DNA from: Azolla caroliniana
Lineage: Eukaryota; Plantae; Polypodiophyta
DNA: 64,000 nt
Direction: 5' to 3'
Assembly: GCA_043228905.1 (NCBI GenBank)
Contig: JBHGNT010000126.1
Span: forward strand, 1 to 64,000
In this document: positions 26,226 through 38,080 of the stretch, piece after piece
How the letters are laid out: each line of letters opens with the position of its first letter
How positions within the stretch are numbered: the first letter of the stretch is position 1
Notes under the pieces: model-generated
What the model saw: only the letters and a program-made list of their open reading frames with translations
Databases searched by the model: none
What the model was told of the DNA's origin: nothing
Program-made: the position numbers and the translations under genes

Positions 26226-27288
26226 AGTTTGCTTTGGAAAAATGTTCGTGTTTCGAAGACGGGCGAGATGAGAGGTGCATTGAAAATATTTTTGAATGCT
26301 AGGATCTCATGCCCAATGTAATTTGTAACAATCCGTGGATGTTTACTTGTCCTCTACCAACTTTAGGTATTTTGGGCTTCCAAATTGAGGAAAAATGTCG
26401 TGGGACATAAGGAAAGGCATGACAATTGGATTTAACATTCTCAATCCGTATCACCCCTGACACAATGTTATTCTTCAAGTGAGATATTGCAAGTTCCATT
26501 ATGATCAAGAGGCTTGGGCAGTTTGAGAGTGTCATCCTCTCTAGCTTGAAGAATTTGTTCGTCCCAACAACACTTCCTCTTGTTCGAAGTCCGTATTTAC
26601 ACAAGTATTGTTTGTGCAAATGACCTATGGACCTCTAATCCATTTGTTTATGACACAATTCAGTGAATAAAACCTAATCCCACAGTGTGGAATGATCTCA
26701 CACTTACTTTAGTGAATGATAAGGATTTGGTTGGATGTAGCAAAGAAGTAATATGTAAGGTTAGGATTAGGTGCAAAGAGCAACAAGAGAGACAACAAAA
26801 AAGGAAAACAGAGAAATCCTTCCGTCGAGAAAACATATACACACATAGAAGAGTTTAGATTACTGGGTTTGCATGGATTTTCCTGAAACTTCAAAGTACT
26901 CTACAAGATCCTTACTTTGTACTAGACAAGATGTAAAAATGTGTCCTCGAGCTTCAACATAAATACCAGTGATTTTGAGTGGCCATTTTCTTTGTGTACA
27001 TAAGCTAGAAAACTAAATGTGGAGGTTGAAGATTAGGTTGAGAGAATATTTAAATGTTTGTATACACAAGATGGACTGGTTTATACCTGTTAAAGCTTTT
27101 AAGATCTGCATGAAATGCACAGTGTTTTTTTTTTGTGTGTCTAAAAATGCATCCAAATATGATGTGAAAACTTTCCCATAATCACATAGTCCTCATAGCT
27201 TTCTTGCTGTTGGAGATTTTGTGAATTGAGAGAGAGAGAGAGAGGGAGGGAGGGAGGGAGGGAGAGATTATTTGCCAGAAAAAATACA

Positions 27289-27528
27289 ATGTGCAGGCTT
27301 TGCTTTGCCTTGTTCACCACTTTTATCATCTTCCTTGTTTCTCTGCATTTTGTACAGCGTTCTAACAGCCTAAGTATCGGTTATAATGTCATCAATGCTG
27401 ACTATGTTCCTTGTTCTTCAGCCGGAATCTCCTACTACAATTGCCATCTTTCTGGCATCGCGAATCCGTACACTCGTGGATGCATCAAGATCACTGGATG
27501 TGCCCGAGACACCGCAATGCAAGGTTAG
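27289..27528 (+). CDS. RALF: Rapid alkalinization factor (RALF)-like secreted peptide precursor, 79 aa
   Basis: Hydrophobic signal peptide (MCRLCFALFTTFIIFLVSLHF), then 'SIGYNVINADYVPCSSAGISYYNC...ANPYTRGCIKITGCARD', which carries the four RALF cysteines and the GxSYYNC and ANPYxRGC motifs. Intronless, with a GA-rich 5'UTR. Confidence 0.93.
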   Translation: MCRLCFALFTTFIIFLVSLHFVQRSNSLSIGYNVINADYVPCSSAGISYYNCHLSGIANPYTRGCIKITGCARDTAMQG

Positions 27529-28499
27529 CTTTTGTAATTAAACCTATAATGGGAGCAAGAGTAAGGTCAAAGATTGTATGTATAGATATGGATATGTGTG
27601 TATGGAAACCTATAATGGGGGCAAGAGGAAGGTCAAGATTGTATAGACATGCATATGCATGTGTATATGGATATGGACATTTGTTTATGGATGTGTTTAT
27701 TCATGTGTATGTCTATATTTATGTCTATGTATGTATATGTTTATACATGTGCTCTTTGTCACAATTGTGGCTCCTAATCATATTAAGACCAAGGTTAAGC
27801 ACATACTTATGCTTTTTTTTTTTTTTTGTGTGAGGCAATGAAAATTAATTTACAATAAATATGAAATATAATTTACAGGACTGATAGCTTAGTTTGCTGA
27901 CTTTGTCTAATTAATAGAAGTTTAAATTGACAACTGGCAGCTTTGATTAAGAGCTAGATTAGCTGAGATTATTCAGTTGATTAAGGGAAATTACATATGC
28001 TTTAAATACATACTTGGCCTAATAGTTTTCTTAATCTTGATGTCCATGTGATTAGAAAGCCTAAGCTATGAAGAAACTTATCATAGGTGATTTTTTCCCA
28101 ATAGTATTTATTATATCTCGTATGCATTATCATCGTAAACATGGTCTCGGGACTTTGTGTTTTCGTTCTAGAATTCTCGATCCGGACTCCTCTTGTTGTT
28201 CTATTTTTGCAGGATAGCTTTAAAGCTCAAATGCATTTTGGCATTATTCGATAAATCGACATCAAGGAGGGTGAATTTTGGAAACAGAGGAATCATCATC
28301 ACTAATGGGCATTGCATACATTTGATCATAATGTTTTTCTTACTTTTCTAACTTTGAGAGCGCCTCCATTTCTGTGTGACACCAAGAGAGGACAAATATA
28401 TTGAATTGAAATTGAATGTCTATTGGTCCATACATGGAAAAAATCTATTATAATATGAAATCTCTTTATTCTTCAAGATCCAAAAAGTGTCTGCAAATT

Positions 28500-28559
28500 A
28501 TGGAGTGAGAATTTTGAATTGAGTTTCGCATGGAGTGAGAATTTTGAATTGAGTTTCGC
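28500..28559. repeat. 30-bp perfect tandem duplication
   Basis: ATGGAGTGAGAATTTTGAATTGAGTTTCGC occurs twice. Confidence 0.9.
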
Positions 28560-29200
28560 TTTAGTTGCACCAAGTGACCATTGTTATCCTATTATCCCTC
28601 CTCAATGTAGTAATTTCGAAGGTTTGAGTAAATTAGTAGACGTGTTAAGCGAGTATTTGGAGCCATTTGGTTGGACAATCAAGTGTTTGGTCCTATTATT
28701 GGTTTCATTTCATCACATCACATGAGCTGAGTTTTAAGGTACAAATTGAGCTTCATACTTACATGTGTCATAAGTACCTTGCCTTTGCTCTCTTGGATTC
28801 AAGAACCAACTCTTGTTTCATGGATCGAGGCTTCTTAGTAATCTTTTTTATTTAGATTAGAATTGACAATAATTTTTTGTTCAAGAAATTAAAACAGTGA
28901 AAGAGAAAGTGCAAGAGATATCTCCTCCAAGTGAAGTTCTCACTAGTGTTCTAACTACGCACAAAGTCAAAACATTCTCTTCCTTCTCTTTTAAACTTGA
29001 TTTGGCTTGGAGTCTGAATCTCTCCCCTCTTATTGAACACCTTGACAATAACTTCTCAAACATGGATCCATACTTCTTCTGCCATTGAACCAATGTTTGG
29101 GACCAATGTTTTCCTTACTAATTTGCTTTGTTGACTTTACTTTCAAGCTCAAATTATGGTATGCTTCCATGAGAATATGCCACAAATGTATAGGATTTGA
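28560..29200 (+). mobile_element. Decayed Ty3/gypsy gag-protease remnant
   Basis: 'FALLDSRTNSCFMDRGF' (~28787-28831) resembles the retropepsin active site 'ALLDSGA..CF.D'. A downstream 'WLE' fits the gypsy protease C-terminal motif. The frame is broken and the boundaries are approximate. Confidence 0.55.
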
Positions 29201-30169
29201 TATGATAGATATATTCATACACGTACTTTTATTATAGCAAAGTATACATACATACCAACTTTCAAGTTCGAAAACTCATCTACACTTTAAAGGATGAAAA
29301 TGCCTTTTATCAACACATCAAACACATGTATTTGTGGACAAGTGTTTGCAACAACCAAATGCTTGTGCACACAAATATTCACATTTTCATATGTAAATAC
29401 ACATAGTATGTATATTCATATGTATAGCATATCTATTTGAATGTGAATGAATTTACATTGTATGCATGCACACATGCAAATAAGTAAACTTCCTTTCAAA
29501 CTATTCATTGCTTTTATGTGTATGTCCATATGTGAGAATGCATCAATACATGGGCTTACAAAGATTTGTTCCACCACATCCATGGATAGAATATGAATTC
29601 CACTATTTGACACTATTGGTGTTGTCTACATCTCATATATGGACGTGTTTTACAACTTGAAAGTGAAATTTGATTTTGAAGACATACTTCAAACATGTTA
29701 GATTAGATGATTGTTTGGTCTCATATTTTCAAGAATCCAATTAACTAGTCTTGCCCAAAATGTAGTTTTCTTTTAATGCACGAGGATTCAAGTTGGTTGA
29801 ACACTCGCAATAATAGATGAACCAATTGACATAGTGGAATACACATGATTGCAGACGTCAATATACAAAATGCAATTAGAAAATATATGAGACAATTTAA
29901 CAATAAGAGCGAAGCAGATATAGAGTTCCATAAAAGGCCACTGTTAAGAAGAAGATGAAACTCAATTATGAAAATATTCTACCAAGGGTAATGAAGCTTG
30001 ATAGGCCGGTTGAGGGAGTAAAGTTATGATGGAAGATCGAGAATTTTCATAGTGACTAGTGTGTGTGTGTGTGCATAGACTTAGGCACAAATACAAAGTT
30101 AATGGTGACTAGTGTGTAATATGTATAGTTCACTCACTACATGAGAAATAAGAAGTAAGAAGTAAGAAA

Positions 30170-30280
30170 TTCGCAGGCCCTTCGTCAATTTCCTGGAAAC
30201 CCTAACCTTGACATCTTTTTCCTGACGATATGATGCAGCCGAACTATGACGATGTTCCTAAGGAATAGCTGATCCAACAG
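30170..30280 (+). promoter_or_regulatory. Probable non-coding first exon of the 32836-34122 gene, with a telo-box and a short uORF
   Basis: AAACCCTAA telo-box at 30197-30205, uORF MMQPNYDDVPKE* at 30230-30268 and a CAG|GTGCCC donor at 30280/30281. An acceptor CAG at 32832-32834 lies one base before the main ATG. The link between them is inferred. Confidence 0.5.
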
Positions 30281-31884
30281 GTGCCCGCTGTTAATCCTTG
30301 CATCCTTTGTTATGAATGCATTCTGTACAATAAATCAATCTATGTATTACTCGCTTAGAGGATTGTTCATGATCTCCCAATTGTAGATATGAAGCAGATT
30401 AGAGGTCCCTGAACCTAAGATATAGGTAGTGTATTGTTTTCACTGGCTCAAAGTACAGAAAGGATGGGAAATAGCAGAATCGTATTATTATGTATTTTCA
30501 CGGAAGTTGCAATTTATTAAAACTACGAATTGCGAATTTGTATAATGTATATTTACTGACAAAAAACGAAAAACTTGGTATTTTTACTTGGTAAAACTAT
30601 GAGAACCTTGACATTTTGAAATCAAATTGTTTTTTAGATTCTTACTTAAAGTTGGTAAAAACTCATATGTCTTTTGCAACATAAACATAGATTTTGGGGA
30701 AACTTGTATATATTGAAACTGAGAGTTTGTCAATATTAAAACATTCCAGTGAAGATCCGGACTATCATGAGCCGTGAAAGTCATTAAGTCCATTCAATCA
30801 TCAGTTTGACAGTAATGATCAATATATAGACTGTCTTAACTGTAGACCTTATGGAATCGTTATATTTTATAAGTTACATTCAATTTCAAAGTTCAAAGGT
30901 ATTTTAAAAATTTGCAATCATAAAAACTCATTTTCCCTCCAAGAACATTAACATGGATTGTGGAACCATTTTATGTTTCAAGATTCTGAACATTGACACA
31001 AGATCATCTTATACTATATGCTGTGGTGGTGGATAAAGTAGATGACGTGTTAGTGTGCCCACAAAGTTAAACTATGGTAATGTTTTGGAACCAGATTTCG
31101 GTGAAATCCTCTTTCCTTGTTTTTCTCCGGAGAGAAATGCATTACCAAACTCCTCTTTGTCTTTGTAACTACATATATAGTCACACCTTGCAGTAAATTT
31201 CTTATGTTGGTACATTCTGTCGTCATGGGGTGTTGCCTTTTGTTATTTTATAGAAAACATTTTAGCTGTTTTATTTTAGTTTTAATATTTTACTTGCTCC
31301 GCGGGAACTCTTGACATCTGGCAAGATTCATTTCATGACAGTGAATCGATGGGATGTCAATGGTCCCTAGACCAGAGGAGGCAAGGCCAACATACCCTGG
31401 TATTGTCACTTGGTTTATCCAGTTGGTAGTGTGTTCTGATGCCTGGTGATGTTTCTGTGTCCAATTGTGGAGTTGCAGGCTAAGATTTGTTTTTGATGAA
31501 GTGCCATTTGAGGAAGCATGAGCAAGACTCAGCCCACCTTATTCAATCACATATGTTCTTGATGTGAATCCCAAAATTGATCTGTAGAGCTAATGGGAAA
31601 TCATTTTAGAATGCTGAAATTGGCTGTTCCCATAGCTGATTTACTGTATTTTCTACAATGCTGAGTGGAGAGTACGCTACAAGCACACATGCAAGGTTTA
31701 TTTGCTGGCATAGGCTTATACTGCTAGTTATGTTTTCTAGAGCTTTGGGCTCTATTGTATTTCATGATCTTCTATTAATTATCAATAAAGAAATACGAGA
31801 AGGGGCACCAGTCTTTGAGGTCAACATTGTGTCAATTTCCTTGTTCAGGAACTGTCTAACTTTGTGGACGTGAATAGCTATGGT

Positions 31885-32278
31885 TGAAACCAAACCGCAC
31901 CATTTAATCACAATTTTGAACCTAACCATTTAAGTCAAATCAATTAAAAAATTAAATAAATAAAAATATAATAAACTAAAAAACCATTAAGTTAAATTAA
32001 TTAAATCAATAAGAAAACATTAGCTAAACCTTTAAATCAATACACTATTAAAGAAATAAAAAACGTTAACCAAAATCCAATAAATCATTAAACTGAACCA
32101 CTTAAACCTATAAACCGATAAATCCGAGTTTTAGAACCAACCGAACTAAAACCAAACTGTTTAATATTATTTGAACCAAATCAAACCATTTAATTATATT
32201 GCAACCAATAAACCATAAACCATGGCTTAACGGTTCGGTTCAGTTTGAGCCGAAACCGGGCCCGTTGCTAGATGTCAA
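31885..32278. mobile_element. hAT-like non-autonomous element end (AACC/AACCG-rich subterminal repeats)
   Basis: Dense AAACC/AACCG/CGGTT motifs end in CCCGTTGCTAGATGTCAA. A 13/14 inverted partner, TTGACATCTGGCAA, lies at 31311. No matching 8-bp TSD was found. Confidence 0.5.
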
Positions 32279-32835
32279 ATCAAGCCTTAATGAATTTGCA
32301 AGGTTTTAGCTAAATTGGTGGTTGGTCTTTTATGGCTTGTGGAACTTCTACAGGCTGGTTTCACGTTTACCTTGTCATGGTACTTTATTACTTGGATAAC
32401 CATAAAATCCTTGAGGTAATACGTCTGGACCTCTGTAAGGGATGCATTTATAGAATAAAAAGCTGATGCAGGTTTCCCTTGTTTTGTAGTGAATCGTGAA
32501 TCGCATGGCCTTTGTGCCTGCAATGCATAATCAAATTTCTGTAATTTAAACTTTCAATGATAGGATAGAAGCCTACAACAGTGGTGATTTGATGAAAAAT
32601 TAGGATTCAGCTTTATGAGGAGAAACTCATTTTACCAGATTTGGAATGCTTTTTTTCCATGTTTTAGACAGTAAAAATACTCCTTGATTGGCAAAGTTTA
32701 CAATCTAAGAATGCAATCTGGGGATGATCCTCTTGTAAAGAAGGGGTAGATGTGTACTTTAAAAAAATCAAGAGGCTATTTCCTGGAATATAATAACCTG
32801 AACACTTGCTTAATCACGTTTGAGACTTGGTCAGG

Positions 32836-34122
32836 ATGGAGAGAGGAGAAGGGAGTCAGTCACAGGAAGATGATGCAATCACAGACAACATATCGCTTCC
32901 CAATATGCTCAGGTCTAGTTCCTGTATTTAATTGTTTTGGCTAATTATTCTTCTTTGATCAAAACTTAAACCTTGTTTTCCAGGCTGCTTGAACAAGAGG
33001 AAGCTGTCCTCATCCAGATGCAGAGCAAGCTCTCGGATGAGCTTCATCGTATTCAAGTGAAAACCATCATCTTCTTGCAGTTTTCTACTATTTCTCATGT
33101 GGTCAGTTTAAAAGGATTTTTCTCATCGTATCCTTTGTTTCTCCACAGGTTGAAGAGCATGTCTTTCTGCATGCCCTCAAAATTCTAGGTGAGAAGCATA
33201 GTAACAAGGTGTGTGTCCCCTCTATATCCTTATTGAAAGTTTACATTCTTCTTTGATAGATGGCTTTATACATGGATTTCATAGAGGTAGGGCAAAATGG
33301 TTTCCTTTTTCAATATATGTTTTATTTGAATTTAAAATATCTTGGAATTTATTCTTGGCCTTCTTCTTTGCCAAAATTTATACAGATCGATTATGTGCTT
33401 TGGATTAAGACAACCACTGTTTGATAGATGATAAGAGACATCCCTATCATCCTTTAATCATACACCAATTATCGCTGAATACATTGTTAATGAGTATCAC
33501 TATTATGTGCACCTATCTCAACATGATTCTAGTCAATTACAACGATAGCACGTGGATTTAGGTTATTGTACGTTTAAGTATGATTCTGTGGTGAAACTTG
33601 GTTCCACTATCACAGAGTCGCCGGAATGTTTGAATGTTGAATCAATATCAAACTGGGTTTGGGATCTCTAGCACAGTTGAAATATCACCCAAGGGCTTGA
33701 GGCTGGTCTAATTCATGACTGTTTTACCTAGGGGAATTGCTTGTTAGTCTTCCTGTACTGTGCTACAGATTTAGCCTTTAAGAAACTATTTGGTGCCAAC
33801 TATATTCAATTTCCCATGCAATATATTGTGTACCTTTGTGCCACCTTTTTAGCAAGCAAAAAGGTACAGGACAATATCCATTTATATTATTAAATATTTT
33901 CTGGTTAACTAAATAATAGCAACTGGTAAATTTAGGCCTATATTAACAATGCAAAGCATTTTTCTCAGTCTATAGAAGTGAGGTTTCAAAACTGTTTTGC
34001 AGGAAAGTGATAAGAATGGGGATGAAGATGATGAGTTGATTGAAGCCATTGAGGAAGCATTGCTTGAAGAGGGAGATGTCATGCATGATGTGATTATAGA
34101 AAATGATGAAAAGTCTTTTTAA
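32836..34122 (+). CDS. Small coiled-coil/acidic protein, 109 aa, SNAPC5 (SNAP19)-like
   Basis: Four exons with GT-AG junctions and matching phases: 32836-32912, 32984-33056, 33149-33208, 34003-34122. Translation: MERGEGSQSQEDDAITDNISLPNMLRLLEQEEAVLIQMQSKLSDELHRIQVEEHVFLHALKILGEKHSNKESDKNGDEDDELIEAIEEALLEEGDVMHDVIIENDEKSF*. The gene model is well supported. The SNAPC5 identity rests on the motif L..L..EE..L......L.D.L.R..VEE plus the acidic tail, compared with the human protein from memory. Confidence 0.75.
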
Positions 34123-35592
34123 GAGGTGGGATGAAGCTACAGGTGTACAGTACCAGGTCTTAATTTGTGGATGATATGAATTATAATTATTCTTTCGTGT
34201 GGAATTCTCTCTCTTGTTAACACTGTCAAGGACCCTCAATTTGATAGAATTTTAGTCTTCATTAGAGTAAGTGGATTCACACACCTCATAATGGTATTTT
34301 CGTTGTTGTTCAATCCCACAATTGCACCTTGTCTTTGTATGGACTAGCTTGTAACTACGTGTATAGCACTCATGTTGAATCCTTTAAAGTTGTGTGTTGC
34401 CAGGAATCCATACTTCACGGGACCTTTGCAACCCATAATAGAATGATCATTTTTCTTAGTTTCTTATCCTGAAGGTTGATTTTTAAACTTGGTTGTATCT
34501 TACTTTTTAATCACTACATCTTCTTGAGTGATTGACAATATGAAATATTAACAATCGCAATGCCACAATAGAAGTGTGGTGGAGTCTTAACATAGAGGTA
34601 TTACGATTGGAATATTTGTTTCGTATGTGTATATGGTTGCACAAATCCTAACATGTATGATATTTTAGCATCACCAATTATTAGAATGGCACAATTAATC
34701 AATGTCAACATCATCGGTAAGCCATGGGAACTGAGACATACAACAAGTACTTAACAAAATGGTTGGATATATTTTCTCACATGTCCTTAACTTCTCAATA
34801 TGCCTTTGGTGGATAGAGTATCCAAGGGATAATCACACAATTAGGAGAGGAGCACATTGTTAAAGTTCATTTAATCTTCACCACTTTTCTTAGGGTGGGT
34901 TTAGGTGAGGTCTTTAGCTAATCATGATATTATGAGAGAAAAAAATCCATTTTAACACTTGTATATACAATGTTTTTAAGGATTCATTATCGCATATTTA
35001 CCCAATTGGCACTATTGTTAAATTCCCTCTAACTACAAGAAAGGTTAAGGTTGTTCAAACTAGACATGCCATTTACATGTGTTTGCCGAAATTTTAAATG
35101 TTTTTTGCTAAGCGTAGTATTCACAATTAGTTCATGATTTGGGAGTAGTTGTTGGTTATTTGTCTTGTTTGATGGGTGAGGTTATGGACAACATGGATAT
35201 AATGTAATCATTCGGTGGAGTGTTCAACCAATGTGCTTTAGAAATCACTCACACAACCTACATGATCCAAAAGTTAATATATGTCAATGTCTCGAGTTTG
35301 AGATCTACATATGGGGAACCTATTGAATATGTCCTAATACTTAAATGCATGTGTATATCTATGTTTGGTTATTTCATACTAATGTTAGGAATCGTAGAGA
35401 TCCATGGGATAGAAGGATGCTAGTGATGGATTGTAGGAAGACTAAACGTGGAGTAGACTCTATTGTGTCAGGTTCTTTGGGTTATCAACTCACCAACCAA
35501 CGAAATAGCTTGCAAGTGTGCATGATGAGCTAAAAGAGTCTCTAGTCAATTTGGTTCTATTTTCATGAGATTTCATACTTGATGTATGCATG

Positions 35593-35620
<28 letters not shown>
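35593..35620. repeat. (CA)n microsatellite
   Basis: A pure CA run. Confidence 0.9.
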
Positions 35621-35623
<3 letters not shown>

Positions 35624-35752
35624 GGAACAATATGTGCACGGTTGGGGTGGTTATGAAGGATAGTACATTGTGGTATGATTTGTTGTCACATTGGATATCC
35701 AATTATGGTGGAAGTTTCTAATGCGAAACTTATTGAGTGGGTATCTAAATAT

Positions 35753-37533
35753 TGTGAAATGCACATAAGAGATCAAAACCAGTCTACTTAGCTTCTTACT
35801 TCTTAATCAATTTATAGTTGATACAACGGAACCCATTTGGGTTGGCTTGGCTAAAAAGGGTGAGCTAAAAGGGTTGCAAGAGAACGAGGAATTTATGAAG
35901 CTTGTTATATGGTGGCAACATGTGGTAGAGGTTGGTTACCATTCCATCTCATATTTAAAGCTAAGGTGTTCATGTAAATAGCCATTAATTGGGGGTTTGT
36001 CCTAATGCGACGCCTTAAGAAAGCAAAATATTGTTGTTGGAAAAAAATAAATATATAGTTGATACAACGGAACCCATTTGGGTTGGCTTGCCTAAAAAGG
36101 ATGTGCTAAAAGGGTGGGTCAACTTGGGTACGTGCATCCTAAAAAGGGTGAGCTGAAAGGAACACATGCACACCACATTTCCCCCTTGCGAGAAACAAGA
36201 GATTGAGGGGCATGAACAAGAACATGGCAAGAACAGTGGCGTGTCGAAGGAGAGGGAGCATTTGATGGCAGGTTTCAAATATAAATCCATGGATGATTCT
36301 AGTGCGAGGCGAGGGTTACACCCATAGAGCGCTCGAAAAGGGTTGATTTATGTAGCCATCTCGTGTTTGAGGGTCTTGTTGAGGACAAGAACAAGAAACA
36401 ATGGCGTGTCGAAGGAGGGGGGGATTTGATGACAGGTTTCAAATATAAATACATGGATGATTCTAGTGTGAGGCGAGGGTTACACCCATAGAGTGCTCGA
36501 AAAGGGTTGATTTATGCAGCCATCTCGTGTTTGAGGGTCTTGTTGAGGCGTTCGGTGAAGATGACGTGGGGATGTAAACATCTACGGACACGTAGTTGAG
36601 TTGCAACGACATTAAGGACATCCCCGTGGAACTGTTGGCCTTGATAGTTGGATGGGGCTAGTGACGGAAAACGAGCTATCAATCGGCGAATAGAGATCAA
36701 TCACTCCTGTGGATTGAGGGTCACTTGGACTTTGTTGAGGTGGGGGACAGGAGGGCTATCGTGTCGGAGGGGGATCGAGGAAAGATCATATGGCAATGAA
36801 GATCAATCGCTCCTGTGGACTGAGGGCCACCTAGACTTGGTTGAGGTGGGGGACAAGAGGGCTATCGTGTCAAAGGGGGATCGGGGAAAAGATCATTTGG
36901 CAAAGAAAGATCAATCACTCTTGTGGACTAAGGGCCACCTGGACTTGGCTAAGGTGGGGGACAGGAGGGCTATCGTGTAGGAGGGGGATCGAAGAAACTC
37001 ATGGGACAAGAAGTTAGTGGGCAACCTAAGGTGAGGGGGAAGAGTTGGTGGGGCAAGACATAAAAGTGGTGTGAGAAAGTGAGAGTGTCTAAGGTGAAGG
37101 TGGAATGGGCTTGTGTGCTAGAGAGGTATAGATGGCGATCGCAAAAAAAGACTTGGATGGAGGAAGCGATGGATGTCGGGAGGCCTAACTAGTGAACTAA
37201 GGTGGTACTAATGGAAGAGATACTACTACAAGAGACTAACAAGAGTGTCGGTGACGGTGGCGAGGGCAATGCTACCTACAAAGCGGAAGAGGTGGATGCT
37301 TGGATGTGGGGGGTGGTACCCGTCATCTCCACCAATATGTGAAATGCACATAAGAGATCAAAACCAGTCGACTTAGCTTCTTACTTCTTAATCAATTTAT
37401 AGTTGATACAACGGAACCCATTTGGGTTGGCTAGGCTAAAAAGGGTGTGTTAAAAGGGTGGGTCAACTTGGGTACGTGCATCCTAAAAAGGGTGAGCTAA
37501 AAGGGTGACACAAAGGAACACATGCACACCACA
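35753..37533 (-). mobile_element. Non-autonomous LTR retroelement (TRIM/LARD-like) with a tRNA-Ala primer-binding site
   Basis: The 5' LTR is 37338-37533 (TG...CA, 196 bp) and the rearranged 3' LTR is 35753-36177. Minus-strand PBS TGGTGGAGATGACGGG at 37334-37319 and PPT CAAGGGGGAAA at 36188-36178. ATAT flanks both ends. The internal region is made of ~164-bp and ~110-bp tandem repeats with no recognisable pol. Confidence 0.8.
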
Positions 37534-38080
37534 ATATATTTGGAAGATAAGTTTATATATTGGAGGTCTCAATTTTGGCCTTCTCATGTATAGCTTAAGG
37601 TAGTCCAATCTATTAAGATCTCTATGGTATCTTATTATCTTCCTTTGCTACCATAGTCAAAGAAAGCTCTTGAAATGTTGTCACACTCACGAAGGATGTT
37701 ATGGAAGAGAGAGGGAAAGTGTCATGTGTTGGTTGACATGGGGATCATGCTTGTACTCCAAAATATATTGGTAGGGCATCATTATTTAATTTCTATGAGG
37801 ATATGGTGTCTCATCAATTTACCTTCATTCGATTTATGTTTGAGGGTGTACAACCTTGGATGGAAATGATGATATACTTGATAGAGAAGACATGGATTCA
37901 ACCTGGAATGACGACGATTGAAGCTAATGAGTGGAATGACGTTAATTCTAAATGGGATGTAAAATGTGCAAGGTTTTTTATAGCCAATCATTTATTTACA
38001 TATTGGCAAAGTATGCCAGTAAACTATTGGTCATTTATTGTACAACATCCTCCACGAGAAGGGGATGTGCCAATGATTAC

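Noticed and set aside
27226-27288. N-terminal extension of the RALF ORF (MRERERGREGG...)
   Set aside because: It starts at a non-ATG codon in a GA microsatellite. The ATG at 27289 begins the signal peptide.
27411-27841. 140-aa and 60-aa ORFs overlapping the RALF 3' end
   Set aside because: They are low-complexity translations of a TG/TA-rich 3'UTR that contains a short duplication.
30030-30047. 18-nt identity (TGGAAGATCGAGAATTTT) with MATH exon 2 at ~50002
   Set aside because: The similarity does not extend on either side and has no hairpin context, so it is compatible with chance in a 64-kb AT-rich window.
31311-32278. Complete hAT element bounded by 14-bp inverted repeats
   Set aside because: There is no TSD and no subterminal repeats at the left end, and a similar TTGACATCT also occurs at ~30208. 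Only the right-hand part is reported.
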